A stretch of DNA of 63,549 nt, counting the filler, from Octopus bimaculoides (taxonomy: Eukaryota): the NCBI RefSeq assembly GCF_001194135.2. It is 8 parts of 8 records of this genome, joined end to end, with 100 filler letters (N's around TTAATTAATTAA, not from the genome) between each part and the next. Parts side by side here need not be neighbours in the genome. Positions count along the whole stretch, not along the records: positions 45,035 to 53,614 come from NC_069000.1; positions 53,715 to 56,012 come from NC_068997.1; positions 56,113 to 60,043 come from NC_068988.1; positions 60,144 to 62,169 come from NW_026414238.1; positions 62,270 to 63,549 come from NW_026356563.1; 3 more parts are not named here. One strand, written 5' to 3'. Below are positions 53,260 through 63,549 of this stretch, one piece after another; the stretch's first letter is position 1, and every line of letters begins with the position of its first letter. The translations under genes were made by a program, and so were the position numbers. Below the pieces are notes generated by a model that saw only the letters and a program-made list of their open reading frames with translations, was not told where the DNA came from and did no database searches.

Positions 53260-53468
53260 TCCTTCTTTCTTTCTTTCTTTTTCCTTCCTTCCTTCCTTCT
53301 TTTCTTTTCTTCTTTTTCTCTCTAGTTTCATTCATTCATTCATTCATTCATTCATTCTTTCACTCTTTCTATTTTCATTTTTCTTTCTTCTTTCCATCTT
53401 CCCTTCTTTCTTTCCATCTTCCTTTCATTCTTTCTTTCTCTCTTTCTTTCTTTCTTTCTTTCTTTCGT

Positions 53469-53502
<34 letters not shown>

Positions 53503-53614
53503 TTCCTTCCTCCATTCCATTCTCTCTTTCTCTTTCACCCTCTTGCTTCACTGCACTACCCAATTTCTCCATCACATCCTCTCACTCTCCCCCTTTCTCT
53601 CACATATTCCTTCC
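52988..53614. repeat. polypyrimidine tract (CT, CTTT, CCTT, CATT units)
   Basis: About 630 bp that is strongly C/T-dominated. Confidence 0.95.
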
Positions 53615-53893
53615 NNNNNNNNNNNNNNNNNNNNNNNNNNNNNNNNNNNNNNNNNNNNTTAATTAATTAANNNNNNNNNNNNNNNNNNNNNNNNNNNNNN
53701 NNNNNNNNNNNNNNACATATGTTGCATATTGTTTGTGTATATATTGTATGTGTGTGTGTATAAAATATAATTGCATTCTATGATGAAACGTACTTCCACA
53801 ACCGTAGAAGCGATCACAAAATTTCACAACCGTAGAAGCGATCTCGGTCCTTCTGATCCTGTGATGTAGTTATATAAATGTGTGTGCATACAT

Positions 53894-53965
53894 GTGTGCT
53901 TGTGCGTGTGCTTGTGCGTGTGCTTGTGCGTGTGCTTGTGCGTGTGCTTGTGCGTGTGATTGTGC
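53894..53965. repeat. 12-bp minisatellite (GTGTGCTTGTGC) x6
   Basis: Five perfect units and one variant. Confidence 0.9.
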
Positions 53966-54269
53966 GCGCGCGCATGTGTGTATACAATTGCATATACATT
54001 TGGAATAGGCTTTCGTTAAGCCATATAATATACTTACCACGAGACTATTTCTGTTTAATCACTTTTATCAAGTGTTTCCTTCTTTATTCTTTTTTTTTTT
54101 CTCATGTGAGTTGCCAGCAGTTTGTTTGAAACGCTATGTCGTTAAGGTGGCTATGGCTAATATGTTTGATATAGATATCAGCGCCGCAATTTGAACTCTT
54201 CATCTTAGTATTTATACATCATCAGTCAGATATTTATTTTTGATTGTGATTAGTGTATGTTATCGCTCA

Positions 54270-54301
<32 letters not shown>

Positions 54302-55306
54302 NNNNNNNNNNNNNNNNNNNNNNNNNNNNNNNNNNNNNNNNNNNNNNNNNNNNNNNNNNNNNNNNNNNNNNNNNNNNNNNNNNNNNNNNNNNNNNNNNNN
54401 NNNNNNNNNNNNNNNNNNNNNNNNNNNNNNNNNNNNNNNNNNNNNNNNNNNNNNNNNNNNNNNNNNNNNNNNNNNNNNNNNNNNNAAACCAACACATCAC
54501 ATCATCACCCATCCACATATATGTGCATGTGTGTATACATACTTATGTGTATATGTATATAAATATATATACGCACACACATACATTGATACATATATGA
54601 TAATGCTTCCCCTTCTAGTTTTATTTTGTGCATTATGTCTCTAGAGGATTGGAATTAATCTGCTTTGTAAGTGGATGGGGTTGCCACCAGAAGTAAAGTG
54701 CACTTCTAGGCCTAATATAACAGTTAGAGTCATGATGTTTATAACTTCCACGTTTGCAGCCAAATTGCGTCGGTCGGTTGTTATTTCTTCCTTACGAACA
54801 ATTTAACATGTTTGTAGTTTCTCCCTGAGCATTAGTTGTTTTTTTTTTTAATCCGTATGTTTTATAGTATATTATTTGTATAAGTTTATAATTTGGTATT
54901 TTGGTGTAATTTATGATCTTCTGTTTCATTTTGTAAGAGTTTTGAGTATGTGGCGTTGAAGTTTATCGTTTATATCTATACTGATCTTTTCCGTGAAATT
55001 TTCTGAGGTTTTCTAGGTTAGTTTGTGTTCAACATCTTTGTTATTTAGTTTCTCTTACATTTCGTTTGCAAGTGAAAATTAACACAAAGGTCGAAGAGCG
55101 TAATTTAATCTGGGATGACAATGTTGTAAGAGATTAAGTAACGTATCTTCATATTACGTAGATCAAAATTTTTATTTGAAAATTTCGCGATCATTTACCT
55201 ATAAAAATATACGCCTAAACATAACAAAGTTTGATATGAAAGACTTCCGAGCAATGTATCTATTACCAGAGAGACTTTCTCTACAATACTGAGGTTTAAT
55301 ATTTAA

Positions 55307-55495
55307 TATGAAGGCGCATAGGTCAGCGGCTGTGTGTTGTACTCTTGAGCAAGATATCTGTGACGCTGAGAGGGGAAGCTGGTATACATAGGCAACTGCT
55401 GGTCTTCCATAAAAACCTTGCCCGAACTCTGTGCCTCGGACGGAAACTTTCTAGGTGCAACCCCATGGTCATTCATGACCGAAGGAATTCTTTAC
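55307..55495 (+). mobile_element. internally deleted tRNA-derived SINE
   Basis: ATGAAGGCGC head remnant, then GTACTCTTGAGCAAGATA as in the other SINE heads. Confidence 0.5.
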
Positions 55496-56614
55496 TCTTT
55501 AATAATCTGAGAAATATTCAAAATATTCAGATAAAAGAAATCAAGAACAAAAATATATGTTACTAATGAAATATAACTCTAACAGTCAACAATTAATATT
55601 TCGTCAGTAATATCGCCACCAATCCAATTAAAAGGCTGCAGAACATGTTCACAACGTTTCATACTGATGATGGGTTTTTAGAACGTCTCGACACGTTTAT
55701 GGTGATTTTAGCAATTTACATTGTTCCAAACAAACAATGAGGAATTCATATCAAAATATGAGATCAAAAATTGAAAAAAAAAAAAAAAAACAGCTGAAGA
55801 TTAGAATGTAATCGTTTATTAAATACTACGAACATGCACATAGAAACATACACACGTGTGTGAGTGTGTGTGTGTATATGTGTGTGTATGTGTGCGTGTG
55901 TGTTTGTGTGTGTGTGTGTGTGTGAGTGTGCGTGCGTGCGTCTGTGTGTGTGACTTTCAACTTGCTCTTTGACACGTGGAATACGAATGAAATATATTCA
56001 ATAAACTTATATNNNNNNNNNNNNNNNNNNNNNNNNNNNNNNNNNNNNNNNNNNNNTTAATTAATTAANNNNNNNNNNNNNNNNNNNNNNNNNNNNNNNN
56101 NNNNNNNNNNNNATATATATATTGTCAGAGTAACACTCAATATTCTCTCTCTCTCGCACACTCTCTCTCTCTATATATAGAGATAGATATATAGATAGAT
56201 ATACATATATGTGCGTGTATTTATATATATACTGATATTCTTTAATTCTTTAATTATTTAAAGCATTTCAGCTTTAAAGCTGCACTCATGCTGGTGTACC
56301 ACATTTGGCTGTGCTACACCATTATTTGAAACCTTCTCTGACATGTGGCATTTGGTGAATGTCGGAGTTTCATGCTGCTCACCTCATCTTTGTTTCCTGC
56401 CATGAGGTAGGCTTATCTGGAACCCTTGACAGGAGGAGATCCAGTTTTGTTTTGAAGACACATGCATTGGCACCTTGCAATTCTCACAGGTATTTCGGAA
56501 GGATATTGAAGAGCTGTGGTCCTTTGAAACCTAAGCTTTTGCAGTATGTACTCTTATACTTTGAAATATATACATGTACATATATGTATGGATATATATC
56601 TATATCTATCTATC

Positions 56615-56665
<51 letters not shown>

Positions 56666-56765
56666 ATTATTTATATTACTATTATGTATATATATATATA
56701 TACAAATATATATATATGTATGTATCTACACACACACATATATCTATATATCTATGCATATTCAT

Positions 56766-56800
<35 letters not shown>

Positions 56801-58675
56801 CATATATACTTACGCAATTTTATATACATATATATTACATGCGCACACTCACACAAAAAACACACATGTATTACACGTGTGTGTCATTCCATCTCATTAG
56901 GCATACATATATACATTCCTACATACATACATATATATTCCTGCATACACCACATATGCATATGTACACCCACAAACACATATTTGCACTTGCATTCGCA
57001 CACACACTCACACTTATAAGTAAAACATTCACACACTCTCGTACACACATGCACACACGTCAGTTACATACGCCCATAGATTGATCTATGGACACGCAAA
57101 CACACATAAATAAGCATCAACACATTTGCTTCCTGCCATACATCCGATGACTCCCTACAGTCAAACATCAAGCGCACGCACACACACACACATATAAATT
57201 CATTGAGGCTCTTAAACACACTCGTATATATCTATATATACCAATACATATATACATATATACACATGCGGAGAAGCATAGGCATTCAACTACAGTCGCA
57301 ACATCACTCACACACATAGAAAACAGGGCGAACACATACACNNNNNNNNNNNNNNNNNNNNNNNNNNNNNNNNNNNNNNNNNNNNNNNNNNNNNNNNNNN
57401 NNNNNNNNNNNNNNNNNNNNNNNNNNNNNNNNNNNNNNNNNNNNNNNNNNNNNNNNNNNNNNNNNNNNNNNNNNNNNNNNNNNNNNNNNNNNNNNNNNNN
57501 NNNNNNNNNNNNNNNNNNNNNNNNNNNNNNNNNNNNNNNNNNNNNNNNNNNNNNNNNNNNNNNNNNNNNNNNNNNNNNNNNNNNNNNNNNNNNNNNNNNN
57601 NNNNNNNNNNNNNNNNNNNNNNNNNNNNNNNNNNNNNNNNNNNNNNNNNNNNNNNNNNNNNNNNNNNNNNNNNNNNNNNNNNNNNNNNNNNNNNNNNNNN
57701 NNNNNNNNNNNNNNNNNNNNNNAAAACAACCACCGCAAAAGGAAAAGAAAAAAAAAGCACACCACACCTGTACCAGCATCCCTACAGTAGTATCGCCGCC
57801 GCCGCCGCTGTTGCCAACACCACCACCAGCATCACCGCCACCAGATCCACCGACTTCACCGGCGCTGCTGCCAGCGCCACCGCCACCGCCACCGGTCACA
57901 CCACATCACAGCCATACTCGCCGATGAGAATTCTGCTACGTGGTCACTCGGCTTGTTAGAAATAACAACCACATCACCGCACTTAATTGTTTTTCTGCCA
58001 GTTTAGAAAAGTACTTATTGGATAACATGGAAATGGGTCCAACTTATAGTGCATATAGCGAGACTGGTCATGGACGGACAGCCTGTGAGTATGAGGCCAG
58101 TTAAATGAGGGTCACTCTGAAGGTGAACTAAACAACATTAGCCAGGAACATTATGAAATGTTGCAAAGCATGGCCGTAGTTTAATGAGTGAAAGAAGTAA
58201 AAGATAAAAGATGACCACATGAACACAACTACAAACAACCTCAACAGCACAAACAACCACAATACCAACAACATTACCATTACCACCACCCTTCCTATCA
58301 CAATCACAACACGCCACACCCGACCGCATCATGACCGAAACCAGCACGATCTCATCACACATACCCACGCCGTGTGGACACACGGTGTATTCCAAAGTGC
58401 AAATTCAATTCTACCATTTTAGCGAAGAACGTATTCCATAAAAAGAGGTATTCTCTGGGTAGAAGAAATCGACAGAGTAGTCACGGCTGGAAACTTTTAT
58501 TATCCTAAGGGTGACTATATTTCCTTTGATCTGAAGTTAGTAAAACAGCTACCATGACCACAGGTACGCAACAACAATCAGCGCCAGTAGCAACAGAATA
58601 AATGCTACTACCACCAGCAAATGTATACCGCTATAGCCATCACTGCCATCACCACCATCACCGCAAACACCAACG

Positions 58676-59176
58676 CAATAATCTTTTCACTATCGCGGGT
58701 GTAGCGTCGCAAATCACCCCCGCGATAGGTGAAAATCCGCGAAGTAGAAATATTACTTTACTTTATATATTTTTATTTTACTATTTTTATAATTTCTATA
58801 TATTTATCCTATTATAAATGCAAAACAGCACTACAAGCTCGCCGCCCAAGTTTCGATTTCCATACAATATGTGCGATTCTTTGTTTACTCATCTACGGTA
58901 CACTACGTATTTTCTTTTAATATATTTTAATTAATGTGTTATACTGTGCAGTACTGTATTTCTATTTTTATTTCTTAATTCACTCATTTTTAGGCGTGAA
59001 AATGCTTATTTTACCGCAGAAATAATTAAAATCTAAAATAATATAAATACCTATTGGCCGCAGAAACCCGTGATAAACTGAGGAGTCCGCCATGTATGTT
59101 TACATATATTAGCCAGAAAAATCCGCGACGTACTGAGGGCGCGATAGGTGAACTGCGATATGGCGAGTGATGACTG
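58676..59176. mobile_element. Tigger/pogo-type non-autonomous DNA transposon
   Basis: 5' CAATAATC..TATCGCGGGTGTAGCG..CCCCGCGATAGGTGAAAATCCGCGAAGTAG and 3' GCGATAGGTGAACTGCGATATGGCGAGTGATGACTG followed by TA. Confidence 0.75.
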
Positions 59177-59451
59177 TACCACCACCATCACTACAATAAT
59201 CACAGGAAATGCAACACACGATCCCTCTAAAACAAGCAACACGACTGCAACGTCACAGCGACTTCCCATCTCTCGATAACGTCATCACCAGCACCAGCAT
59301 CACTAACTCCAGATGCCACCACCAACAGCAACACCAACCTCCAACACCAACACCGACACAATTTCCAGACTGCATCATCACTACCACTACTACCATCACA
59401 GACTTCCCTTGCCACATCATGCCATCAATCCCAGACTGTTCCAGCATACTT

Positions 59452-59497
<46 letters not shown>

Positions 59498-59871
59498 ATA
59501 CACACACACAAACACAAACACATACACACAAACGTACACACGTCTGGCTTAGCTTTCTACCTTGTCTTTACGGTTATAGTCTCTCCCTCCGCCATACTCA
59601 ACGCTATATTCGACTTCCGTGATGTCGTTGGTGACTCACCGGTGCATTATTTGATGCATGCTTGCCAGTCACTTGTATACAGCTGCACAAATATATGCAG
59701 ACGTAACCTCTCTCACACACACATACACAAACATAAAGACACACATATACAAAATAAACACAGACAAACACACCCTACTCCACACATATATAAACTGGCT
59801 GGCAAAAATCTAAAGGTAATGGCAAGATATACAAAAAGAAATACTTCCACATACAAACACGTGCACACACA

Positions 59872-59906
<35 letters not shown>

Positions 59907-60538
59907 CCAGACGCACACACTCTCACACAGATATGAATACACTCATATTCAGATACATACAACACGTGTAGACATAAGCACACAAACGTATTTATATTTG
60001 TGTGTATATATTTCTGTATGTCCATGTACTATCTTATATATATNNNNNNNNNNNNNNNNNNNNNNNNNNNNNNNNNNNNNNNNNNNNTTAATTAATTAAN
60101 NNNNNNNNNNNNNNNNNNNNNNNNNNNNNNNNNNNNNNNNNNNTCTCTCTCTCTCTCTCTCACACACACACATCCATGCTCTCCCTCCACATTCAAGAGG
60201 ATTTACGCTTATTTGATAAAATCATGCAACATAAAGATTTTACACTTTAAGAGCATTAGTTAAGATAGCTTAGGCGAAAGAATAGGATGAAGATAAAGGG
60301 AGAACATGAGGAAGAGGAAGAAAGATAGGCAGATAAACATAAGAGTATGAGAACACAGATTCAATGAACATGTATGTAGCTGCATAGTCAATAACTGGTA
60401 ACAGACTGTTAGATAAATGACCAAATCACAGATGAATGGAGAATGATTATGGCAGATAAATAGGTGAATACATTAAGGGTTTATTTGTTTGCTTGCTTTC
60501 TGTCTGATTTTCCATGCTAGTATTGGTTGGAGGAATTC

Positions 60539-60616
<78 letters not shown>

Positions 60617-61530
60617 NNNNNNNNNNNNNNNNNNNNNNNNNNNNNNNNNNNNNNNNNNNNNNNNNNNNNNNNNNNNNNNNNNNNNNNNNNNNNNNNNNNN
60701 NNNNNNNNNNNNNNNNNNNNNNNNNNNNNNNNNNNNNNNNNNNNNNNNNNNNNNNNNNNNNNNNNNNNNNNNNNNNNNNNNNNNNNNNNNNNNNNNNNNN
60801 NNNNNNNNNNNNNNNNNNNNNNNNNNNNNNNNNNNNNNNNNNNNNNNNNNNNNNNNNNNNNNNNNNNNNNNNNNNNNNNNNNNNNNNNNNNNNNNNNNNN
60901 NNNNNNNNNNNNNNNNNNNNNNNNNNNNNNNNNNNNNNNNNNNNNNNNNNNNNNNNNNNNNNNNNNNNNNNNNNNNNNNNNNNNNNNNNNNNNNNNNNNN
61001 NNNNNNNNNNNNNNNNNNNNNNNNNNNNNNNNNNNNNNNNNNNNNNNNNNNNNNNNNNNNNNNNNNNNNNNNNNNNNNNNNNNNNNNNNNNNNNNNNNNN
61101 NNNNNNNNNNNNNNNNNNNNNNNNNNNNNNNNNNNNNNNNNNNNNNNNNNNNNNNNNNNNNNNNNNNNNNNNNNNNNNNNNNNNNNNNNNNNNNNNNNNN
61201 NNNNNNNNNNNNNNNNNNNNNNNNNNNNNNNNNNNNNNNNNNNNNNNNNNNNNNNNNNNNNNNNNNNNNNNNNNNNNNNNNNNNNNNNNNNNNNNNNNNN
61301 NNNNNNNNNNNNNNNNNNNNNNNNNNNNNNNNNNNNNNNNNNNNNNNNNNNNNNNNNNNNNNNNNNNNNNNNNNNNNNNNNNNNNNNNNNNNNNNNNNNN
61401 NNNNNNNNNNNNNNNNNNNNNNNNNNNNNNNNNNNNNNNNNNNNNNNNNNNNNNNNNNNNNNNNNNNNNNNNNNNNNNNNNNNNNNNNNNNNNNNNNNNN
61501 NNNNNNNNNNNNNNNNNNNNNNNNNNNNNN

Positions 61531-61581
<51 letters not shown>

Positions 61582-62269
61582 TGAGGAAGCACAGTACATT
61601 GAAATTATGAGAGCTGGCAGTTCCGGCACCTGTAGCAGATGATTCTTATCTGCTAACAACATATGTATGTGTGTTTTTATTTACCATGCATCTATATGAG
61701 AGGACCTCATATAGATGATTACTGCAGTGCTCAGCAATCTAACAAGACATCCATGTTAAGTTGGATATAAAAGTTGCTTTTTGATACTGATACTGCTTTT
61801 GTTACTAAACATTATATTTTAATAAGCCTGCTGGCTATTTGTGGTATCTGTGTCTGAAAAGTCATTGTAATTCTATATAACATTGGCAATGGGATTTGGC
61901 TGGTATAGGGTGAGTGGGCACCTATCACTGAAGAGATGCAGTGCAATGAAATCATGTGATCTGCTTTAATGCACTATGTACCTATATGAGATGTCTCAAG
62001 GCAAATTCCACACTATTTGGCGTGTTAACAAAACATGCATGTTAATTTAGCTGTAAAGATTGCCTTTGTATATCTATATGATATATTTTGACCAGGACAG
62101 TAGTCTAAATGAAATACTGCACACTATTTTGTATTGGAAACTTTTCAATATCACTACCCAACCCAAACANNNNNNNNNNNNNNNNNNNNNNNNNNNNNNN
62201 NNNNNNNNNNNNNTTAATTAATTAANNNNNNNNNNNNNNNNNNNNNNNNNNNNNNNNNNNNNNNNNNNN

Positions 62270-63373
62270 CTCACTCCCTCAATCACTTGGTCGGCAATGT
62301 CGACCGACATCTCCTCGATACGGTGCTGTACAGTGTTGTTAGAGACGGAAACACTCTCCAACTTCGCCACCTCTCAATTTACGTGCCTGACCAAGATCTT
62401 TGCCGCTGGCACGACGAGAGACTCCGCAATAGTATGTGCCTTCATGTTTTTGGCCACCAGAAGAGCAACTTAATAGGATGCTTTCACAAGGCCTGTCCTC
62501 TTCTGGTAGATCTGGCTATTCTTGTTTATGTACTGCCGCTTTCCGTTTTCGCCAAGTCGCTGGAAATAACTCTGATCTACGTCCTTCTTGCCCGCGTGAT
62601 TCCTCTCAAGATGACGTTTGAGCAGGCTGGATTTCATGAAGAGACTTCATACAGACCACACACTGCGGAAGAGCTTCTCCTCCATGTTCGATTGCAATGA
62701 TGCCATACTTTATGTACGCAGGGTCATAGTTTCGCTTCGGCATGTTATCAAATCCTGTGGAAAAGTAAAAGAAATAAATAAATAAATGAAATAAAATAAA
62801 ATCAATAAAGAAATATAAAAATTAAAAATATACAAAATAATATTAATACTAATAATAATAATATCCACAATAAAAAAATTATGGGTATGAAAGTAACAAA
62901 TCGTTGCCAGATTACCTTGTGTAAGGCAGTAAACACTTTTGTGAAGAAAGTATAACTTGTAACGATATGCCTGCCTCGCTAGCCCCAAGTCAGCCTCTAC
63001 CCAGCCCAGAGGGAACAAAGACACGCACCAGAAACCAAACAAACAACTGTCATTTATTAACGAGCACATGGCGCAGTTTATACTCGCATGCCCCTCCAGG
63101 TCACACACAGCATCACGCCATACTCAAGGTCACGTACATTGGTTGGACGGCGCTGATCACTGTAAAGAGAGCGAATAAAAGGTAACCACTGGTATGCCAG
63201 TAATCGAAAAGTACTGATTACTNNNNNNNNNNNNNNNNNNNNNNNNNNNNNNNNNNNNNNNNNNNNNNNNNNNNNNNCTAAAAATCGCATATTACCCCGA
63301 AAGTGCTCGCGTACCACCTGGAAAGCCTTCGTGTACCACTAGTGGTATGCGTACCATAGGTTGGGAACCACTG
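62270..63373 (-). mobile_element. hAT Charlie/Buster-type transposon 5' half (BED finger transposase N-terminus, pseudogenised)
   Basis: ATG at 62743: MPKRNYDPAYIKYG..PQCVVC.. then frameshift MKSSLLKRHL..H..KASY*VALLVAKNMKAHTIAESLVVPAA..VSNNTVQHRIEEMS. Terminus CAGTGGTTCCCAACCT is at 63373-63358. Confidence 0.9.
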
Positions 63374-63458
63374 CCCTAGACCCTATCCCTAAACTCTAGC
63401 CCTAATCCTAGCCCTAAACCCAGACCTTGACGCTAAACCCAACCCTAACCTTAACCCT
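63374..63458. repeat. degenerate CCCTAA telomere-like tract
   Basis: CCCTAG-ACCCTATCCCTAAA..GCCCTAA..AACCCTAACCTTAACCCTATTCCTAACCC. Confidence 0.75.
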
Positions 63459-63549
63459 ATTCCTAACCCAGATCTGATCATTTCAGTGTAGACTACAGGT
63501 ATTAAGCAGACGGTACCCTGAAATGACACCCACATTTCAGATTGCTTTT

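Noticed and set aside
57720-57900. Gly-rich or Pro/Ala-rich GC island
   Set aside because: A degenerate CCA/CCG trinucleotide tract like others in the window, with no splice or start context.

Overview
This is eukaryotic, AT-rich, gap-ridden draft-assembly DNA. I cannot support any intact host protein-coding gene: almost all long ORFs in the track are translations of microsatellites or N-runs. From recall rather than a search, the repeat families resemble those of Octopus (coleoid cephalopod). Seven identical artificial linkers (N44-TTAATTAATTAA-N44) split the window into eight pieces whose adjacency is uncertain. Recognisable content is decayed mobile DNA: three Dong/R4-clade LINE fragments, a CRE-type endonuclease fragment, RTE and CR1-like fragments, an internally deleted Gypsy-like gag element, and two Penelope-like elements (one with RT, GIY-YIG and inverted terminal repeats). 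There are also mariner, Tigger and hAT-Charlie DNA transposon remnants, many tRNA-derived SINEs, a 475-bp foldback element and a full-length 5S rRNA pseudogene. The most interesting small signals are minimal Penelope-type hammerhead-ribozyme motifs (one with an intact core at 27253-27287 on the minus strand), a 5S copy followed directly by a SINE tail, a head-to-head telomere-like foldback flanked by 19-bp direct repeats, and a CpG-depleted block. I found no clear evidence for a wholly new biological system.
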